The notes under the pieces were generated by a model. That model made no database searches, had not been told where the DNA came from, and worked only from the letters and a program-made list of their open reading frames with translations. A program made the translations under genes and the position numbers. A stretch of DNA of 64,000 bases from a virus, in the IMG/VR virus record IMGVR_UViG_3300049137_000157, positions 64,001 through 128,000 of that record; one strand, given 5' to 3'. Shown piece after piece: positions 36,396 through 45,080 of the stretch (position 1 is its first letter; the number at the start of each line of letters is the position of its first letter).

Positions 36396-38416
36396 CGACA
36401 GTTGGCTTCGACATTGAGACGGGATCCGTCGACGACCTCTACATGCTCGACCCGAGGAGCCCCGAGTACGACTACGTACGTCTCGTCGGCTGGGTCGTGG
36501 GAGACGGCGACGTCCAGATCTCCACGAACCCTCAGGACCTCATCGACGTCCTCAACGCCGCCGACATCATCTACGGCCACGGCATTCTGAACTTCGACCT
36601 CCAGGCCCTGTGCCGCTACCACGGAGCCGACTACTGGAAGCTCGCCGCCAAGTGCATCGACACCCTTGTCGTCGAGCGCACCATCAACCCGCCCTACCCG
36701 AAGGCCAAGCCCGGTATCCCGCTCAACCTCCAGGCCATGCGCAGGCGCGGCATCACCCCGGCCGACCTCCGCATCCCCTACAGCCTGGACGAAACCGCCG
36801 CGCGTTACGGCGTCGCGGGCAAGACGGACAACATCAAGGAACTCGCGGCCAAGCACGGAGGCTTCCACCTCATCCCGCAGGACGACCCGGAGTACCGGGC
36901 CTACCTGAAGGGTGACGTCATCTCCTCCAGGGCGCTCTACCGGGCCACCGGACAGGCTGCGGCCAAGGCGGGCCTCATATCTGTGGTGCGTCGCGAGATC
37001 CGGATCGCCGCCATCCAGAACGGCATGCGGATCAAGGGCCTGGGCGTCGACCGGGCCGAGGTCGAGCACCAGATCGAACTCGCCGAGAAGCAGCGTCAGG
37101 ACGCCTACCACGTACTGCACGAGAAGGCAGGCGTCCCTCTCCCCGGCCAGGAGATCGTCTGGTACGAGGAGAAGGAGAAACCGATCCCGCGCACCACGCC
37201 CTACGGCAAGCGGGTCCGGCACCTGTGGCACGTCCTTCACCCGAACGACCCCTGTCCCGACCTGCGCACCGTCCGGGTGAAGAAGACCAAGCGGATCGAC
37301 AAGTCCCCGCTGTCCACCAACGAGGGACGCAACGCCTTCGAGAAGGCCCTGAAAGCTGCCGGGGTCAAGGACACGGACATCCCGTTCACCCTGCCCACCA
37401 AGTCCAACCCCGGGGGCAAGCTCGCCCTGTCCAAGGATGCCCTCGGCACCGGCCGCTGGGTGCGCGGCAAGGAAGCGGTCCCGGGCCTCCAGGCGAAGTA
37501 CCCCGACAACCCGGCGGTGAAGGAGTTGTGCGAGGCGGCCATCCTGGCCACGTCCACCTCCGGCAAGGCCGAGGAGGTCATGAAGTGGCTCAGCCCCGAC
37601 GGCCGGGTCCACTCCCAGATCGGCGACATCCAGGCGTCCGGCAGGTGGGCCCACATCAAGGCGTCCATCACCAACATCGGGAAGCGGGGGAAGGCCCAGA
37701 AGATGCAGCGCCGGATGTTCCGCTCCCGGCGTGGGTTCGTCTTCATCTGCATCGACCTCGACCAGGTCGACGCGCGCGCCGTCGCCGGATGGTGCCAGGA
37801 CCCGGAGTACCGGAAGATGGCCCTCCCTGGCATGGACATGCACTATGAGACCGCGAAGCGAGTCTTCGGGGTCGGGTCCTGCAACGACTGCCGCAACTGC
37901 GCGGAGTGTTCCGAGCGGCGCAGCAAGGCGAAGGCGAACACCCACTCCTGGAACTACGGACAGGGCGTCAAGGGGTTGGCTGCTTCGACGGGTCTTCCGC
38001 TGGAAGTCTGCGAGACGTTCGACAAGGGGATGAAGAGGTCTTTCCCGGTGCTGTGTGCCTGGAAAGACAAGGTCCGCAGGTACGCGGAACGCACCGGAGT
38101 GGTGCCCAGCAAGTGGGGTCGCCCGCTGCGCGTCATCCCCGGCCAGGAGTACACACAGGCCCCGGCGCAGATCGGCCAGTCGACCACGCGAGACCTGCTG
38201 TGCGACGGACTGATCCGACTCCAGGACGAACACCCGGAAGTTCTGGAATGCTTGGTCCTGGTGATTCACGACGAAATCGTCCTGGAGGTCCCGGAAAACC
38301 TCGCCGACGAGTACGGAGAAAAGGCGATGGCCGCCCTGACGACCTCCTTCGAAGGAGTGCCGATCACATGTGGAAGGTCGCCCGCAGCAAGCGTCTGGGC
38401 GGAGTGTTACGACTGA
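36392..38416 (+). CDS. Family A DNA polymerase with 3'-5' exonuclease domain
   Basis: ExoI FDIET, ExoII GHGILNFD, ExoIII YLKGDV; motif A IDLDQVDAR, motif B RSKAKANTHSWNYG, motif C VIHDEIV. Confidence 0.93.
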   Translation: MTTVGFDIETGSVDDLYMLDPRSPEYDYVRLVGWVVGDGDVQISTNPQDLIDVLNAADIIYGHGILNFDLQALCRYHGADYWKLAAKCIDTLVVERTINPPYPKAKPGIPLNLQAMRRRGITPADLRIPYSLDETAARYGVAGKTDNIKELAAKHGGFHLIPQDDPEYRAYLKGDVISSRALYRATGQAAAKAGLISVVRREIRIAAIQNGMRIKGLGVDRAEVEHQIELAEKQRQDAYHVLHEKAGVPLPGQEIVWYEEKEKPIPRTTPYGKRVRHLWHVLHPNDPCPDLRTVRVKKTKRIDKSPLSTNEGRNAFEKALKAAGVKDTDIPFTLPTKSNPGGKLALSKDALGTGRWVRGKEAVPGLQAKYPDNPAVKELCEAAILATSTSGKAEEVMKWLSPDGRVHSQIGDIQASGRWAHIKASITNIGKRGKAQKMQRRMFRSRRGFVFICIDLDQVDARAVAGWCQDPEYRKMALPGMDMHYETAKRVFGVGSCNDCRNCAECSERRSKAKANTHSWNYGQGVKGLAASTGLPLEVCETFDKGMKRSFPVLCAWKDKVRRYAERTGVVPSKWGRPLRVIPGQEYTQAPAQIGQSTTRDLLCDGLIRLQDEHPEVLECLVLVIHDEIVLEVPENLADEYGEKAMAALTTSFEGVPITCGRSPAASVWAECYD

Positions 38417-38469
38417 CCGGAGGCCGGAAACACAACGAACTCCGGACCCTGTTCGACAGGCTCGACCTG

Positions 38470-38790
38470 ATGAACCGCCGGTACTCCCTGGGGGTGGCGC
38501 TGAAGGAACCGCCCAACCCCTGGGGCACCGAGGAGGCGATGATGGTTCTGCGGGTCAACGTCTCACGGATCCGCAAGGCCGTTGACCTGCTCGACTATGA
38601 GGTCAACGGCCCCGAGTTGCGGACTCTCGCTCAGATCCTGAACGACGCGGTCGAGGATGCGGTGCTCTGCCGGATGCGCATCCCCGACCCGGGGGGCCGC
38701 TCGCCCGATGTCGTCGCGCGGAATCTCCGCTACGACGTCGCGGTGCTCTCCTCCCACGGCCGGGTCCGGGCGGAGGACCTCCTGTCGTAG
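38470..38790 (+). CDS. Hypothetical protein
   Basis: 3' part of the 37906 ORF lying outside the polymerase; start uncertain. Confidence 0.45.
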   Translation: MNRRYSLGVALKEPPNPWGTEEAMMVLRVNVSRIRKAVDLLDYEVNGPELRTLAQILNDAVEDAVLCRMRIPDPGGRSPDVVARNLRYDVAVLSSHGRVRAEDLLS

Positions 38791-38916
38791 AGGTGGCCGA
38801 TCTGCTTCTCCAGAGCGCCGACCTGGAGAAGTAGATCGGCCATCATGCGGTTCGCACGTCGGTTCCGCCAGAGAGAAAGAAGGGAGGAAATCACGGAAAA
38901 CTCCTAGAATTACCCT

Positions 38917-39447
38917 ATGAACTCACCTTACTTCCTCAACGCGATGGACCCCGGTGGAGACACGGGGATGATCCTTCTTTCTGTGCAGCCGGAGCGGTTC
39001 GAACTGATCGAAGCGGCCACCGTCGAGTTCCGCCCCGACAAGGGTGTGCATCCCGTCGACACACTGGTCCGCTGGCAGCGTGAACATCCCGGTGACCATC
39101 GTCTCGTCTACGAGAGCTTCCACGTCACCAATCAGGCCGGGGCAGCAGGCATCGACCTGACGGCCCTGAAGGTGCTGGAGGGCCTCCAGGAAGCCCTGAA
39201 GACGCGCACCCTCACGTATTCCTCGGTGACGGTCCAGCAGCCCACCCAGCGCAAGCTCCAGGGCACTGACGACAACTTGGAGAAGACGGGTCTGCACTTC
39301 GGGCACAAGCATGCGCAGCGCCACGTCCGTGACGCCGCCCGGCATGCCGTCACTCACCTCGTCCGCCGCAGCTACCGGCCGCTGTGCGAACTGATCGCCC
39401 CTAGGAGCCAGGCGTCCCGCCCGGCGGGTGGAGCTTGTTCCAGGTAA
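38917..39447 (+). CDS. RuvC-like Holliday junction resolvase
   Basis: AMDPGGDTG, LVYESF and HVRDAARHA motifs at the end of the replication arm. Confidence 0.75.
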   Translation: MNSPYFLNAMDPGGDTGMILLSVQPERFELIEAATVEFRPDKGVHPVDTLVRWQREHPGDHRLVYESFHVTNQAGAAGIDLTALKVLEGLQEALKTRTLTYSSVTVQQPTQRKLQGTDDNLEKTGLHFGHKHAQRHVRDAARHAVTHLVRRSYRPLCELIAPRSQASRPAGGACSR

Positions 39448-39895
39448 CCCAGTCCACGACCTTGATCGTGGCGATGTCCACCCAGTCCGACAGGACCGGC
39501 TGCTCGCCGAACCAGAAGAACGGATAATTCGGATAGCCGCTCTCCGTCTGGACGCCCGCGATGGACACCGTGGCGGTGTGGTTGGCCAGGGCGTTGGTGC
39601 CTGAGTCGGTCCACAGCAGCAGTTCGGCGGGCCAGGGCGCGGTGAAGAACCGGGGCATGTAGTCAGGATCCTGGCAGGGAATCTCGATGACCGTCCCGCT
39701 CGGTGCGTAGTCCGACACCGGTCGCAAGTACTCCCCGCCGGGACCTGTGATCTCGCACATCAACTGCTGAGCTGCCACGGAGTCCCAGGTCACCCTGACG
39801 ACGACCCCCGAGAACGACCCGACGCTGGGCATGGGGATCGAATCCACCGTCAGGGTGGTCCGTTCCGAATTGGGCGGTATGACGACCTCGATCAT
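39401..39895 (-). CDS. Tail-associated hypothetical protein
   Basis: Last gene of the tail operon; beta-rich; overlaps the resolvase end convergently. Confidence 0.6.
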   Translation of the reverse strand: MIEVVIPPNSERTTLTVDSIPMPSVGSFSGVVVRVTWDSVAAQQLMCEITGPGGEYLRPVSDYAPSGTVIEIPCQDPDYMPRFFTAPWPAELLLWTDSGTNALANHTATVSIAGVQTESGYPNYPFFWFGEQPVLSDWVDIATIKVVDWVTWNKLHPPGGTPGS

Positions 39896-40077
39896 CGGGC
39901 GATCTCCTCGTTGGCCTGGGTCTCCCTGAAGTGGTTGCGTGCCTGCTCGACCTGCGCCTCAAGGATGGCAACGCGATGCAGGGCGTCGGAGAGCTGCCGT
40001 CGGTAAGACTCGATCACGGCGTCCGACGAGACGGCGCTGAAGGGGGCGCTCAGGGTGGAGATGTCCAAGGTGTTCAC
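39892..40077 (-). CDS. Small coiled-coil tail/chaperone-like protein
   Basis: VIESYRRQLSDALHRVAILEAQVEQ; located after the tail tip genes. Confidence 0.6.
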   Translation of the reverse strand: MNTLDISTLSAPFSAVSSDAVIESYRRQLSDALHRVAILEAQVEQARNHFRETQANEEIAR

Positions 40078-40099
40078 CTTCGGCTGTACAGGATTTCTG

Positions 40100-40867
40100 T
40101 CACTGGTGGATCGCGGCCAGGGATCGCGAGATTTCGGGAATCATTCGCCGTTCCTTCGCGATCATGTCGAGTTGGTACGCGTAGAGCGATGCTCCCGATT
40201 CCCTGAGAGCGTAGCCTGCGTGACGGTCGGCGAGGAGGGAGATGTCTTCGGACCTTTTGGTGAGGTCTACATGAATTTTCCCCAGGACGTCGTTCTTCGT
40301 GACGGATACTTCAGCGTGAAAATTCCTTAGCCGGTCCACACGCTTCCCTCGTCGCTCTTTGAACTTCGACGACAGGCCGGAAAGATCTGCACTCGTCCGC
40401 AGATTCATCATCCCGGCGGGCACCGCAGCCGATCGGAGAAAGTCGCGGGAATTCTGCATGAGCACCTCGCCGGGGGTTGCCGAACTGGCGAGAGAGAACT
40501 CGGAAATGTCCCGCAAGGCTACGGTCTGTTGCGAGAGAGTCTCGAAGGAGTCTTTCGCGTAGTCGTGGGCCGTCTGGAAGTAGTCGGCCACCAGTTCCTG
40601 CCAGGTCAGGTCCTCGTCGGGGATCTCGTCACCATTGGCCTCCTTGATGATGTGGTCCAGGGAGTCCTTTTCGGTGGCCAGGCCGAGCAGTTCCATTCGG
40701 TGGGCCAAGGCGTCGAAAGGGACGACATGTCCGTGGGACTTGGCTGTCGGATCCCCTCGGAAGGGATACTGAAGAAGAAGATTTGGAGGACCGGGGTCTT
40801 CACTGAGCAGCAGCTTGGGTGGAGTCTTGATCCAGTATTCCTGGATTTCGATTGTCTTTTTTGCCAC
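40100..40867 (-). CDS. Tail-region hypothetical protein
   Basis: 255-aa ORF directly after the tail tip gene. Confidence 0.6.
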   Translation of the reverse strand: MAKKTIEIQEYWIKTPPKLLLSEDPGPPNLLLQYPFRGDPTAKSHGHVVPFDALAHRMELLGLATEKDSLDHIIKEANGDEIPDEDLTWQELVADYFQTAHDYAKDSFETLSQQTVALRDISEFSLASSATPGEVLMQNSRDFLRSAAVPAGMMNLRTSADLSGLSSKFKERRGKRVDRLRNFHAEVSVTKNDVLGKIHVDLTKRSEDISLLADRHAGYALRESGASLYAYQLDMIAKERRMIPEISRSLAAIHQ

Positions 40868-40879
40868 TTGAACACGCTT

Positions 40880-43800
40880 TCAGATGTTGGATCCACCGGC
40901 AAAGCAGAAGATTTCCATGCGAGTGGTCGCGAGAGAAGATTTCACGGAGAAGGACGTCTCGTCTCGCTTGAGAACCAAACAGGTGGCGGCGTCCGTGTTG
41001 GTGGTGGAGGTTCCACTGAGAACCGTAGGCTGGCAGATCGGATAGTAAAGCCAGTTCGGAGATCCCCAAGTGACGGTCCACATGTTCCAGCTTCCGCTGG
41101 CTGCTGCGTAGTTGATTCCACGGAACATGTCGTTGGACCTGTTGGTGGTTTCCATCAGTCCGCAAATCTGGAGACGTGCGTCGGAGGTCCTCCAGATGAT
41201 TCCTTGCGCGTTCTGCGTATTGGCACCCCAGTTTCGCTTCATGAAGCTGCCCGTAATTCCGTAGGCGAGCTGAATGTCCACCCTTCCGGTGTCGTTCACA
41301 AGCCTTTCAGGTCCAGCCATGACGAAACCGTTCGGATCCCAGCCTCCACTACCTGCGGGGTCAGTCAGGAAAATCTTGGGAGGTGCCGAAATGTTCTGTG
41401 AAGGGTTCGGTATGAAACGCATACCGGCCTGATTCACATAGTTGGCATTGTTCGTTATCTCGACACTGGAAACACCATCGGCACTCTTCATCATGTAATA
41501 CGAAGAGTCGATCCGGTGTCGCGCCTGAAGAGCGTTCACGTCGATCTTGTCGGCGGTCACCGCGTCCGCCGCCAGTAGCGGAGTGCGGATCTGGCCGTCT
41601 CCGATGTTGATCGAGGTCTCCTGCCAGATCTCGATCTGGTTGAGGGTGACGGTCACCCCAGAGAAGGATGCGCTGCCGGAGAGAACGACGACCGGCTGCA
41701 TGGCCGCCACGTTGAGCACGTTTGGCAGCAGGCCCTGACCTGCCGTCTCGTAGGTGAAGGTGCCGTTGCCCGTGAGGGTCGTGACCGGAATGAGGAAGGG
41801 AGGGCTTCCGCCTTGAGCTGAGCCGTCTCGGAGATACTGATACGCCTGCACGGCCATGATGAGGGATCCGGAAGGCGTAGTCGGGTATCCCGACACGGTG
41901 ACTTGAAGCCGAGCCTTGTATCCGCCGTTCAGAGGATCCCCGGTGTACTGAGGGCGTCGGTAGATCGGCCACGCCCTCTCCGGTGACGGCAGAATCATCG
42001 TCGGGCGGACGGCGTAGTTCAGAATCGGCATCAACGTGGTGTTGAGCAACGGGAAGACCGAGGTGATCTGGGCGGCCCCGCTGAAGGTACACACCGGTCG
42101 CATGCTCGCGTTGTAGGACCATGTCGCGTTCGTCGTGGAAGCTGTCGCAGCCTGAAGACGGTGCGCCCTCAGGTCGGACGACGTGAACATGGGGTCGACA
42201 AGCATGTTCCCGGCATTGCCCACAGACAGACTGTCAACGGACAGGCTGTGGGCCTTGATCTGCTCCGACGTCAGCGTGCCGGACACTACGTTGTTCGCCG
42301 TGATGGTATTGGCTTCGAGATCCGGGCCCTTCACGCCCTGCACGGCGACGGACGTCACGGCGGAAGGGCCGGTCGTTATCGCCGCACTGTTGCGGACCCA
42401 GAAGCGAACGTAGACGGTTTCGCCGACCGACCACGTAAGAGCGCCGTTCTGCCCGGATACGATCACCGAGGATTGCGGAGTGAAGATGTCACCCACGTGA
42501 TACCAGGTGTTCTGGTCCTTCGAGACCTCTATCTGGACTTCCTGGAACTGGGCGGGATACTCCTCACCTTCGTTGTCCGTGCCGTCCCAGGTCACCTGGA
42601 GAGTCGAGAGCTTCGATGTGACGATCGGAGCGGACGGAACCGGCAGACCTTCCTGGGGGTAGGACATCGTCGCGCTGATCGGATCCGACCAGTCCGAGCC
42701 CCTGCCGCTGTCCCGGATGGCCTGGACGTAGAAGTTGTACAGGTAGCCGGAGTCGAGGTCGTTCACGAAAGCGTGCAACCGCTGCTGGGACGGGGAGTTC
42801 GGCTGGTTCACCTGCACACTGCGCCCCTGGACGAAGGTCCAGTCGCTGCGGACCGCCATCACGTTGTACCGGTCTACAGTGATCTCTTCGCCTTCAATGT
42901 CCTGGGTGACCACGTCGAACGCGACGTCCGCCCGGGAGACCGGCCGCCCATCGGCCGCGAAGTACGGAGCCTGGGTGACCGCCAGGTTCGTCGGAACCTT
43001 CGGCTTCTCGAAGTTGTTCGGCGGAGCGGGCTGGGGTCGTCCGTTGCCGCCGGTTCCGCCACCGCCGACCGGGCCCCCGCCACCGGAGATTCGGTTGATC
43101 CAGCGCTGCGCCTGAAGGTCCCGGTCGAGGAACCTGTCGTTCAGGGTAAGGGCGATGTTCACTCCGTACGGGGCCGAGCCGGAGAGAGTGATTTGGTAGA
43201 TCCGCATGGCCGACTTCTGGCTTCCGAGGTCGTCGCGACCTCGGATCATGTCCCCTTGCCGGTAGTCCACCAGGGGGACCGGAGCCCCTTCGGTCCAGGC
43301 GAAATTCTTCGTGAACTGGGCTCGGGACTTGTATCGGGCACTCAAGAGGTGAGTGGCGAGCATGCTCAGGGTCGAGGTGTTGGTGACACCCTGAGCTTCA
43401 ATGGCCTCGTCCCACTTGCCCCAGGGAAGCTCGGCGGTTGCCGGTGCGGAGAGGGACACGGAGATCTTCTCGTCGCCGACCATGAGGAGTCGCCCGGCGG
43501 CATCCTCCAGTGATCGCTCTACCGGCTCCTCGGTCATCGCGAGCAGGGAGTGGACGATGACCCCGTTGTCATTGTCGAGGTCTCTGCGCAGGTAGGTGTT
43601 GGGATTGAAAACCCGGAGCTGACGCTTGTCGAAGATCCAGTCGATCAGTCCCTGGCGACTGAACTGGTCCGTGATCGCCCAGGCGTCCTGGCCAAGATCG
43701 AAATCCCCTTCGATCTTGTTCGCCCACGCAGCGTTGTTCGAGTCCTGTGTCGTGGTGAAATCCCAGGTCAGTCCGTTGAGGTTGTCTCGGCCCTTGGTCT

Positions 43801-44233
43801 CGTTCAACAGTTCCGTCAGGACGACTCCCGGAGAGACCTCCGGAAATCGGATGACCTTGTCCTTCTTGTTCCATCGGGAGATGTTCTTGGACATGAACCG
43901 AGCCTTCTTCAGCATCCACCCGTAGGACGGCATGGTGAAGGAGAGCGTCCTCGGTCGCTGCGCAAGATCCACGGATCGCTTGACGTTGATGAACCGGCAG
44001 CCCGGGTATTCCGCGAAGGTCCCTGTGCGGGGATTGGCTATCTCCAATGCCACTTCGCACGGGTTCTTCAGCAGGTCCGCGATGCCAGACACGTCCGGGT
44101 AAGTCATCGTCAGTGACGAGTTGTCGTTGAGCGGCAGGCCAGCTTCCCACGACAACGGGTGGGGCAGGATCCCCAGAGATGCTCCGTCCGGCTGATAGAC
44201 CCGGAATCGGACCACCAGGTTGTTGCCCGCCAC
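40880..44233 (-). CDS. Tail tip / baseplate hub protein with fibronectin-III-like domains (central fibre)
   Basis: 1117 aa after the distal-tail gene; Tal-like N-terminus, FN3-like segments (PTNLAV..., YNFYVQAI...GSDWS), and a fibre-like repeat TITANNVVSGTLTSEQIKAHSLSVD. Confidence 0.85.
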   Translation of the reverse strand: MAGNNLVVRFRVYQPDGASLGILPHPLSWEAGLPLNDNSSLTMTYPDVSGIADLLKNPCEVALEIANPRTGTFAEYPGCRFINVKRSVDLAQRPRTLSFTMPSYGWMLKKARFMSKNISRWNKKDKVIRFPEVSPGVVLTELLNETKGRDNLNGLTWDFTTTQDSNNAAWANKIEGDFDLGQDAWAITDQFSRQGLIDWIFDKRQLRVFNPNTYLRRDLDNDNGVIVHSLLAMTEEPVERSLEDAAGRLLMVGDEKISVSLSAPATAELPWGKWDEAIEAQGVTNTSTLSMLATHLLSARYKSRAQFTKNFAWTEGAPVPLVDYRQGDMIRGRDDLGSQKSAMRIYQITLSGSAPYGVNIALTLNDRFLDRDLQAQRWINRISGGGGPVGGGGTGGNGRPQPAPPNNFEKPKVPTNLAVTQAPYFAADGRPVSRADVAFDVVTQDIEGEEITVDRYNVMAVRSDWTFVQGRSVQVNQPNSPSQQRLHAFVNDLDSGYLYNFYVQAIRDSGRGSDWSDPISATMSYPQEGLPVPSAPIVTSKLSTLQVTWDGTDNEGEEYPAQFQEVQIEVSKDQNTWYHVGDIFTPQSSVIVSGQNGALTWSVGETVYVRFWVRNSAAITTGPSAVTSVAVQGVKGPDLEANTITANNVVSGTLTSEQIKAHSLSVDSLSVGNAGNMLVDPMFTSSDLRAHRLQAATASTTNATWSYNASMRPVCTFSGAAQITSVFPLLNTTLMPILNYAVRPTMILPSPERAWPIYRRPQYTGDPLNGGYKARLQVTVSGYPTTPSGSLIMAVQAYQYLRDGSAQGGSPPFLIPVTTLTGNGTFTYETAGQGLLPNVLNVAAMQPVVVLSGSASFSGVTVTLNQIEIWQETSINIGDGQIRTPLLAADAVTADKIDVNALQARHRIDSSYYMMKSADGVSSVEITNNANYVNQAGMRFIPNPSQNISAPPKIFLTDPAGSGGWDPNGFVMAGPERLVNDTGRVDIQLAYGITGSFMKRNWGANTQNAQGIIWRTSDARLQICGLMETTNRSNDMFRGINYAAASGSWNMWTVTWGSPNWLYYPICQPTVLSGTSTTNTDAATCLVLKRDETSFSVKSSLATTRMEIFCFAGGSNI

Positions 44234-45076
44234 TTACACCACCGCTTCTCGAACGCGAACCCAGACGCCGTTGTTACTGCCAACGTGATTGATCGTAAAA
44301 GTACCTTGCCTGGCGGCAAACTCGCCCGATGTTCTGGCAGTGAAAGTGAGAGGTCCGTTGCCACGGAATTCCAGGGCTCCGGTCACGTTCGTGCCCGACG
44401 AGAAGTTCCAGTTGGTCATCGCGTCGACCACACGAGCCCTCATGTACTTCGGGTCAATGATCAGATATTTGCCACTGGCGACCGTCGTGTTTCCGTCGCC
44501 CCAGAAGATCGAGGTGTTCGAGGTGTTGTCGGTGAGCTGGAACGTGGTCACCGGGCCTGCGACCATCAACAGCGGATCGGCGATCGGGAGATTCGACGCC
44601 AGGGCGGCAGGCAACGTGTGCGTGCCGTTGAAGTACTGAGTCGTAACCTGCGGACCTCGCCAGGCCCCGCCAGGGATGTTGAAGACAATGGTCGCGTCCA
44701 CCCTGCTCCTCGGGCAGGAGAAGTCGGGAGTGGCCATGGAGACGAGCTGAGCGTCCGCCGTGTACGAGAAGCTGCCGGTGTGCCGGGTGAGCGTGACAGG
44801 CTGATTGGTGCCCATCCCCAGCAATGCCATCAGATCCATCCAGCGTGACTGCAAGTCGTCGGCGTCCACACCCTTCACCCGTATGGCGAGGGACACCGTG
44901 ATCTGCGACAGGGGGTCGTTCCACAGGGGCAGGGCGTAGTGGGTGTTCGGCACCTCCAGCACCGCACGGCGCGGCGCGAGGGCCGGGGCATACTCCGTCC
45001 CCTGAAGCAGATAGGTGCCCGGGTCGACGGCCTTGCCGCCGATCGGATACCCGTTTATCTCGTACCAGGTAGACAC
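44234..45076 (-). CDS. Distal tail protein (Dit-like)
   Basis: 280 aa immediately after the tape measure gene, the canonical siphovirus position. Confidence 0.75.
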   Translation of the reverse strand: MSTWYEINGYPIGGKAVDPGTYLLQGTEYAPALAPRRAVLEVPNTHYALPLWNDPLSQITVSLAIRVKGVDADDLQSRWMDLMALLGMGTNQPVTLTRHTGSFSYTADAQLVSMATPDFSCPRSRVDATIVFNIPGGAWRGPQVTTQYFNGTHTLPAALASNLPIADPLLMVAGPVTTFQLTDNTSNTSIFWGDGNTTVASGKYLIIDPKYMRARVVDAMTNWNFSSGTNVTGALEFRGNGPLTFTARTSGEFAARQGTFTINHVGSNNGVWVRVREAVV

Positions 45077-45080
45077 CGCG

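Noticed and set aside
36392-38416. DpoZ / Z-genome system suggested by the odd polymerase
   Set aside because: No PurZ-like, DatZ-with-PurZ or MazZ cluster is recognisable in the window, and the HD gene is 35 kb away with Mesh1-like motifs. There is no support beyond the polymerase oddity.
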